Of a stretch of DNA of 64,000 nucleotides, positions 55,640-64,000 are shown one piece after another. The notes under the pieces were generated by a model, which searched no databases, had not been told where the DNA came from, and saw nothing but the letters and a program-made list of their open reading frames with translations. Position numbers and translations under genes: made by a program. Each line of letters opens with the position of its first letter. Within the stretch, counting starts at the first letter, position 1. Location: positions 250,232,001-250,296,000 of the forward strand of contig OZ024742.1 of assembly GCA_964016885.1 (NCBI GenBank). The letters run 5' to 3'. The stretch is from Eledone cirrhosa (Eukaryota).

Positions 55640-57270
55640 GGACCTAGTGGTTCAATTAATCCATCCTTCCCATGCATAAGGGATAATAAGTGTACCAAGA
55701 ACTACACAGGTCCCCCTGTACAAGAAACCCAAATTGGAGAAGATGACTACCCACTTTAGAGGAGCAGAAACTTTGGGCATGGTGGATTAACTTCGAAAAA
55801 AAATGAGAAATGGGAAAGAATTCATAATTAACAATCGGTTGGTTGTACCCTAGTGTACTCTTCTTACAAACACTTTCAAGGCCCATATCAATGTTGAATT
55901 CTGCAGCTCTGTTGAATCCATTAAGTATGTTTGCAACAGTGTCAACAAAGGTTTATATGCTGCAACAGACATTCCTATGCAGAATGGCAGTCAGTAGATA
56001 AAGATAAACAAAATGACGAAGTTGCACAGTATGTGAGAGAAAGATACTTCAGTAGCAATGAGGCTTTATGTCACATCTTCAATTTTCCCATTCATGAGAG
56101 GCAGCCAGGCATCATTCAACTGATCCTCTTGCATGACGTACGTGATAGCAAATCATTCCAAGATTTGAAGAGAGTAAATGGTTGTGTGTGAAAGTTATAG
56201 GGAAGCATCGTATCAACAAGGTTTGTTAGAACATGATGATCTTAGAGACCTTGCATTGGCTGCATCAACAGTGTCAGATTCCCCAAGGAAACTCTGTAAC
56301 CTTTTTTGTCATCATGTTGAACATGTGCCAAATTGGCAGTCCCCGAAATCTTTGGATGAAATATCTAGAAGACATGGTTAGGGACTTAAATTATGCAGTT
56401 GATCAGGCAAACCCAGGTATCAACATTCATTTCTGTGAAGAAATTTTCAATCAAGCACTAATTGAAATTGAGGATCAATTTTGGCCATGGGAGCCAAGAA
56501 TCTGCAAGTGTCTCGTTCCAGACTGTCAAAAACAAACCATTAAATTAGTGGTTTACCTTCAAAAGAGTTTGCAAGAGAAACAAATTAAGACATCACAAAT
56601 TTGGCTGCATTTGTGAATGAACATGAGCCTTAAAGTTTTCCAGAACAATGCTGTGCATATGAAATAATTTCGTTAGTCAGAGGATGCTCCAAGTGGTACA
56701 GGTATAGCATTTGTAACAACATTGCTTCCCTCCAACATAAGGCAACATTGCTTCCCTCCAACATCGTCTGTCATTGCTGCCACCCTTCTCCCAGGGGACG
56801 AACAGTTCATTCTGCTTTGAAATTACCGCTTCAATTGGTCAAAAACGACAGTCCAATTGTAACACAAACAAAGGCAGTTCAACGGAACTGTTGTACTAAT
56901 ACCACCTGCTCATTTGGGATGAGTGCACCATATCACGTAAAGGAGCAATTGAAACTCTTGATAAGACCTTTACAAGGCATACGAGGCTAAAATACATCCA
57001 TGGGGGAGGGAGTTACATTAGTTTTATCAGGATACTTCAGGCATACATTACCAGTCTTTCCGAGAGGAACAAGAGCTGTTGAAATAAAAGCTTGAATTAA
57101 CTCTTCGAAACTATGGATTAAAGTACAGAATTTATACTTCAATAATAACATGCAAGCTTTATCACACAGGGACCAATGTAACAGTTTTCAATCTATTAGG
57201 AAATGGAGCAGTACCAATTGATGGAAATGGTTATATCAACTTGACTCATATTGCTATCATGGTGCCGAAA
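55640..57270 (+). mobile_element. Helitron RepHel remnant (end of Rep plus PIF1-like helicase), decayed
   Basis: AHINVEFCSSVESIKYV, RYFSSNEALCHIFNFPIHER, KSFQDLKRVNG, DAPSGTG (decayed Walker A), GRTVHSALKLP, LIWDEC, SGYFRHTLPVFPRGT. Confidence 0.88.
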
Positions 57271-57953
57271 GAAAAAGCTTTAGCTTCTACAACACACACA
57301 CAGACACAACAAATTGAGTTGTATCTATTTATGAATTACTCTTTCTGCCTCTATGTATTCCTATCTATCTATCTATCGCCAAGTACAGAACCAACTGGAT
57401 TTGTCTTGTAACTAATAATAAAGCTGAAGGGAAAATGAAATAATATGTGTGCTTTCACTGGCAATATTCGCAAAATAACCATCCCCAAATATAACAGTAT
57501 ACGTTTCAACAAACAATTTCACATCAAGAATTTTGCAAAACAAATACACATGAATATATATATGTATTGGGAGAGAGAGAGAAGGGGCATGGCATTGTAA
57601 TGGTAGAAATTTGCATTCAATTATGAATTTCTAAAATGACAGCGAATGGCAACTTATGTAAGTAGAATTCCATCTTACTAAACAGTGTTTTGAGAAGTCA
57701 CTAATGACAAAACATTGCAGTAAGTAGTGGCTAAATGAATCTAAGTAATAAATATGATTTTCATTTCACAAACATTATTTAATACGTTAATTACTGTATT
57801 TGTGCATATTCTTATCTTGTTCGTGTTTGGATGTAGTTCAGATGAGAGCAAACGATACTGGCCTAAAATGTATGGTTAAAACTGTGACGAAGAGATAGCG
57901 AAGTGAACATATTAGCAACATTGTTATGTCTGTACCTACTTTACGATTATACC

Positions 57954-58069
<116 letters not shown>

Positions 58070-58138
58070 ATATATGTTTATATAAGCATATTTTTAATGT
58101 TTATAGGCGACTGGGAGTTTGGTTGTGTACACACATAC

Positions 58139-58186
<48 letters not shown>

Positions 58187-58470
58187 TCTATACTCATTAA
58201 ATGTATCAATATGAGCAGAATATGTATATAAAAGAGTCTGTGTATTAATACATATATATCATTTATTTTGTTTGACCTGTTTAGCTTGATTTGTGTTTTG
58301 GGGGCTTAGGTGGTTAATGCCTTCTTGACCACTTTTTCAGTTTGTATGGCGTTTTAACATATTGTTTAGCTCAAGTTTTATTAACTATTGGAGCGCTTGC
58401 CAGCATTTCTACGATTTTGCGTTTCGTTTCGCCTTTTCTACCAGCCGAAATACGATTCTCGCTGAATTTA

Positions 58471-58533
<63 letters not shown>

Positions 58534-58930
58534 GTACATATATATATAACACCCTCTATTTTCGAAAATAAAAACCAGAGCTAAATAAACCTTAACATAC
58601 GTTAATACTCTAACACCTTAACATGCTAACCACACACCCCACACAAACATAACTCCTTCCTATATTTCTACTAACGGAATCATTTTCCTACACACACACA
58701 AAATATATATATTCTCTCCATAGTATCATGCTAACCATACTCCCACACACACATACACACACACACATATACCACCCATACACACAACTCCCTCCCCCAT
58801 TTCTACTAATCGAATCATCTTCTTACACACACACACACACACACCCCAGCACACAAATAAACATACATATCTCTACTTTCTTTATTTCAATAGAAAGTCT
58901 GAATTTTGACACTCTGCACACCAGCCATAT

Positions 58931-59262
58931 TCACTGAACCAGAACAATTCTCCCCATCCCGTTTTTCTTGACCATTATCTTTTGTTTGGCACAAAATTCT
59001 CTAAATGGCTACAAAAGAAATTCCCAAATACGGGCACGAAATTTAATGTACTTGCTTACATGACGTCATAATTTCATTTATAACTAATCAAATTACATTT
59101 CAGCACATCATTCATACTCACTGAACCAGGACAACTCTCTCCATCCCTTTCTCTTGACCATTATCTTTTGTTTGGCACAAAATTCTCTAAATCGCTACAA
59201 AAAAATTCAATTGTTCACGTGACAGTAATAATTCACATTTATAACCAATCAAATTACATTTA
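58931..59262. repeat. Imperfect tandem duplication (period about 187 bp)
   Basis: CACTGAACCAG...CTTGACCATTATCTTTTGTTTGGCACAAAATTCTCTAAAT occurs twice. Confidence 0.85.
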
Positions 59263-59347
59263 TAAAAAAAGCTTTCGTGAGCCACTTTTTTTTAAGTAAA
59301 AAGAAATTCAAACAGAAACTGGCGCGGGATAATTTGTAATGTGTGCA

Positions 59348-60088
59348 ATATTTCTTTAATGAAATATATACAAGGAAGATTAATCATTTTTAAAGGTAAT
59401 ATATGAAGTTCTAGTTAAACTTTAATTAGTTACCTACCTAGCTATGTGTGCTTTCACACATTAAAAATTATCCCTGTGATTGTTTCATGTGTTTATTTCA
59501 AATATAAAATATATATATATGTTAATCAATTTCTAGTTGATATAAAATGCTCGGATCCATTCACTGGAATCTTTGAGCTTATTCTACGGTGGATATGGCG
59601 CATGTCTCGGACATGACTCCCTTAATTTAATTTAATTTTGGATATATACACGGCCTCTTAATTGTAGAGCTAACTCAGTTGAAAGGGTCGGCTGCTATTT
59701 TTAGCTGTCGATAATCCTATTCACGCCACTGGGATGACGCTGGCACGATGTGTGTAGTTTTAAAAATGCAACACGTGCGACGGGTCATCCGCAGATTTGC
59801 ATTTGATGTGTAAACACAGATAGTTAAATCTTCACCCTTGTTGAAGATCCAGGATTTGACTACTGTGACTTTACGGATTAATGGTGAAATATATTTCTTT
59901 AATGAAATATATACAAGGAAGATTAATCATTTTTAAAAGGTAATATTTGAAGTTGTAGTTAAACTTTAATTAGTTACCTACCTAGCTATGTGTGCTTACA
60001 CACATTACAAATTATCCCCTGCGACTGTTTTATGTGTTTATTTTAAATATAAAATATATATATATGTCAATCAATTTCTAGTTAATAT
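59348..60088. repeat. Direct repeats of about 195 bp (59348-59545, 59891-60088) around a spacer of about 345 bp
   Basis: ATATTTCTTTAATGAAATATATACAAGGAAGATTAATC...TCAATTTCTAGTT occurs twice. Confidence 0.88.
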
Positions 60089-60204
60089 ATATATATATAC
60101 ATATATAGTATAAGAATAAAGGAACGAAGAATCAGTGTTGCATCATAACATATTACATATATTTCACTGTCGATCAACTATACACCTATACATATATAGA
60201 TAGT

Positions 60205-61215
60205 TATCATTCTTTATTTGCCACAGGGGCGTACACAAATGGGGCATTACAAGACGTGACGGCGGGGGTTTTACATAAAATCTTTAACAATGATAAATAA
60301 CAATAAACTATATAAAAATGAAACAATTGAAATCCCCATTAGGGGGGACGATAACCCTACTACGGGCTTGTTTTACACCCCGTGGATAGAACAACCCTCA
60401 ACACCAGGAACATGTTTTGTAGCTGTTCCCGTCTTTCCTCGGTTTATCCTCAACCTACAGGTTTATATACAGAGAAGGCCCATTCACCCGGCCCATTTTC
60501 GCCACATTCACCCACCTTTCAGCGAATTTACTGGGGTGTAGCACCTCTCTCTCCACTTTCACGTTCCTTCTGAAGTGGTACTTAAAGAAGGGGATGAGTT
60601 GTTGTCTGGAGAGAAAGGTGCTTGCCCTCAGTCCTTTTAACCTCGTCCACCATATTACCTCTTTCGCCATAGCCACCAGACAGAGGAAGACCGCCTCTCC
60701 TTCATTCTTAAATGAAGGCGGTGGGGTGATTCTGACGATGGGCTTGGCTGACAACTGGATGCGTCCTACACGTGACAGCAGCTGTTCAACATAATTCCAC
60801 AGGTCGGTCACCCCTGGGCACTGAACAATTGCGTGCAGAACGGTTTCGATGTTTTGCTCGCATCTTGGACAGGTCCTTTTGGCAGGATCTCTGCCAGCGC
60901 ATCCGTGCCTGTAGATTTTGTCTGGAACTGGTAGAGTTCCTCGGTAGCACTGCCAGGCCAGAGACGTCTGGAAGTTATCCATAGGCCCTGGATGGAAAGT
61001 CCTCCCGAACAGACTGGTAAGTTCGTCTTCCTCGATGCCTAGATTTTCCCCCAGCACGTCGTTGCACTTATCCTCCACTAATCCCCTATAGAATGTCGAA
61101 GTGGGGTCTCCGCTGATTGCCGTTTCCGCTTGGCGTTTCGGCTGTGAGCGCCTGAAGGCACTCAAGAGGCCAGGAGCCCTTAATCGGTCTTCGCGTGACA
61201 CAGGACTGCAGCTCT
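60205..61215 (-). mobile_element. Tx1-like LINE, 3' kilobase (open 248-aa C-terminal ORF2 piece)
   Basis: MDNFQTSLAWQCYRGTLPV...CPRCEQNIETVLHAIVQC is homologous to 35820-36330; the 3' tail is TGTGGCAAATAAAGAATG. Confidence 0.88.
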
Positions 61216-61249
61216 GTTAGTGAGACGATAGATAGATAGATTGATAGCG

Positions 61250-61332
<83 letters not shown>

Positions 61333-61334
<2 letters not shown>

Positions 61335-62460
61335 TCTTTCTTTATTAGCCACAAGGGCGTACAAAAAGAATCTCTCAATTAGTACCCGCCCACCTTTGTC
61401 CAATAGACTTTCGTATCGAATGAATCATATCAGTCTCTGGCTCTACGAAGCCAGCTAAGATCCACCAGATGTTAATGTTTGGTGGTATATATATATATAT
61501 TTTTTTGTTCTTTTCCCTATGTACATAGGGAAAAAGGTGAATGCTTTTGACATCATTGGTGTCACAGAATGTTTTTGGGCGAGTGCCTCGCTTTTAAACA
61601 GTACGGAAACACTTCCGTACTGTTTTCTTCGTTGAGGAAAGTCAATATATCCTTCAAGGTGGCTTCTATATCTCTTTGACTAACAAATATTGGCTTTCTC
61701 GTTGTGTTGGAGACAGTCCTAAAGGTCGCTGTCCTTCGAACTGTCTCTTCTTTTATTTCAAGGGGTGAGTTAATTCTAAACCCACCCTTGTCTTCGAAAG
61801 TTACAAATGTTCTCCCTTGCTGGAGCATATCTCTTGCATTGGAGATGTCAATATTTATAAAATCTTGTTTTTTGTTCCCTGTTTCAGCGAAAGACATTTT
61901 TTTGTGTGTGGTGTTGCTGTTGTTGTTGTTGTTGTTATCGTTGTTAGCCTCGGTGTTGGAAATCTCAATTTCTTAACGGGGTGATGTGTAGATGTATCTA
62001 TGGAGTTGTTGTTGTTGTCTTTTTCATGTGTATGTATGTTAATAGGTTTAATTCCTGTGTTTTCCTGTGTGTTATTTTTCTCTTCTTCGACAGTAGAAAT
62101 TTTAAAATCTTCAAGTGGTAATATTTTGTTCTCTTTGTTGACAGTCGTATCCATAGCGACGTCGATAGTAACAGAAGCAGATATAACGTTAACATCTGCC
62201 TCTCTACTTCTCTTCTCTCTGTCGACGTTCTCTAGCGTTCTTTCCAAGCTATTCATGTTTTATAGTTGGCAAAATTTGATTTTTTAAAATAATTTTTAAA
62301 TTAAATTTTCGCCCCTAAAGGGGTAAAATATGGGATTACCACCCAGCTGACAATTCAGCTTGGAGGTTAATCCATAAAATGATATGTTTTTTCAAACAAT
62401 TAGTTCGGTTTTTTCCATAGAATTTAACAAAAAAGCTTACCGGCGATGTTCCACACGTCA
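61333..62460 (-). mobile_element. Probable internally deleted Tx1-like element with both ends in (GATA)n
   Basis: The minus-strand 3' end CCTTGTGGCTAATAAAGAAAG runs into (ATCT)n. Frameshifted ORF1-like frames at 61562-62256; the 5' end abuts (ATCT)n. Confidence 0.5.
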
Positions 62461-62473
62461 AATAGATAGATAT

Positions 62474-62578
<105 letters not shown>

Positions 62579-62650
62579 GAGTGCGTGTGTATACGAAAAG
62601 AAAACGTAAAAAAAACAACAGATGATTAATTACAATGAAGATATATATAG

Positions 62651-62715
62651 TTTCATGCTTAATATGGTAGGAAAAGTATTAGCGTTTCGGACGCAAGTCC
62701 CTCATCAGGAAATAG
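62651..62715 (-). ncRNA. Decayed hammerhead motif
   Basis: Minus strand: TTTC-CTGATGA-g-GGAC ttgc GTCC-GAAA-CGCT...AGCAT-GAAA. Core and stem II are perfect; the cleavage triplet is damaged. Confidence 0.55.
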
Positions 62716-63313
62716 AATGAGAAAATAGAGAAGAAATAGCAAGACAGGAGAATGATCATCAGGTAGAAACGAGAAGAAATTTCTACGAGAAAATGTCTTC
62801 ACTTCAAAAAATGTTGAAGGAGTTTTTCTTGTGTAGGAAGTTCAGATAGCTGTCCTTTGTAAGTCTGTGATCAAAAATGTCATAATTCGTTCTGAAAATA
62901 AAGAAATCCTTATGTATTTAGAATGGATATGTATGTGTGTAAGTGTGTCAGTATCTGTGTGTGTATGTGTGTGTGTGTGTATGTATGTATATCATTGTAT
63001 GTATGCATGTATGTATGTATATGCGTATGCGTGAATGTATGTATATGCGTATGTGTGTATGTGTATGTGTGTATGTATGAGTGTATGCGTGAATGTGAGT
63101 ATATATGTATGTATATATGTGTGCATACGTGTATGTAAGTATGTGTGTATGTATGTTTGTGTATGTGTGTGTATCTATGTGTGTGTATGTATGTATATGC
63201 GTGTACGTACGTATGTATGTATGTACGTACATATGTATGTATGTACGTATGTATATGTATGTGTGTATGTATGTATGTATGTATGTATGTATGTATGTAT
63301 GTATGTATGTATG

Positions 63314-63842
63314 TCGGGTCACTCTTGAGTGCTACTGGTAACATGTAATCCAGTACAACCTGTCCCATGGTCGGGTCGTCGGCGACTAAACCGGCAACCT
63401 CACCAAGTTTACTTGGCGAGGAGAGTGATTTTGGACACCCTGCAGGACAAAAAACAAAACCTGACAAAGAGCGGAAGAACTCAGAGTCAATGACCATCCA
63501 AAAGTGTGTAAATATGTATATAGACATGTACCTCGCGGTAAAAACCACTGGGAGTGAAGGACCGCTAGCCTTTGTCAGGGCATTCTTCTAGGAGGAGGCA
63601 ACTCAGGAAACTGGGATAACTCCGATATAAAACCTGCATCAGTAGTTACTGATGATGTTGATCTCTTCTTTTCGGGTTATAGCTACTGTCACTCAGAGAG
63701 CGGGATTGGCTCAGTGCACAGTCTTTCCTCACTTTAAAAAATATCTTCACGCACAGGCATTGCACGATAGAATTAATTTATAATAATATATAATGGTATA
63801 TCGTGCAATGGCCATACTCGACATCGAAGGGGCAGCCATCAT
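63314..63842 (+). mobile_element. Family B element with RTE-like 5' UTR, in (TATG)n
   Basis: Homologous to 3647-4030. Contains GGGCATTCTTCTAGGAGGAGGCAACTC...AAAACC, resembling the RTE 5' UTR motif. Confidence 0.7.
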
Positions 63843-64000
63843 ATATGTATGTATGTATAGGTGTATGTATATATGTATGTGTCCATACGTTTAAGAGCCT
63901 TTGTATTATGTATATCTATATTACTGCGAATATATATGACATTCAGACAGTCTGAGTTTTCTGGCGTGGTTGTAAAAACTTATCTACCCACTGTACCTGT

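Overview
This is AT-rich, extremely microsatellite-dense eukaryotic DNA, intergenic or deep-intronic. The repeat repertoire (tRNA-headed SINEs, CORE-type SINEs, Penelope-like, Tx1, R4/Dong, RTE and Helitron debris) looks cephalopod, probably Octopus; that assignment is inferred, not verified. I found no intact protein-coding gene. Almost all listed ORFs are microsatellite translations or decayed transposon ORFs. The most notable signal is a set of about 10 type I hammerhead-ribozyme motifs from several unrelated families, plus half-motifs and decayed ones, all folded by eye. Many sit inside long, near-perfect palindromes or tandem direct repeats in (TA)n tracts, and one follows a Penelope-like GIY-YIG C-terminus. 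They include a retrozyme-like tandem pair 281 nt apart, a 266-bp palindrome with a hammerhead in each arm, and a multi-copy family with a non-canonical CAGAAGA core. Also present: a 30 x 39-bp minisatellite with a 234-bp higher-order period derived from a 50-bp ancestor, and retroelements apparently confined to particular tetranucleotide repeats.
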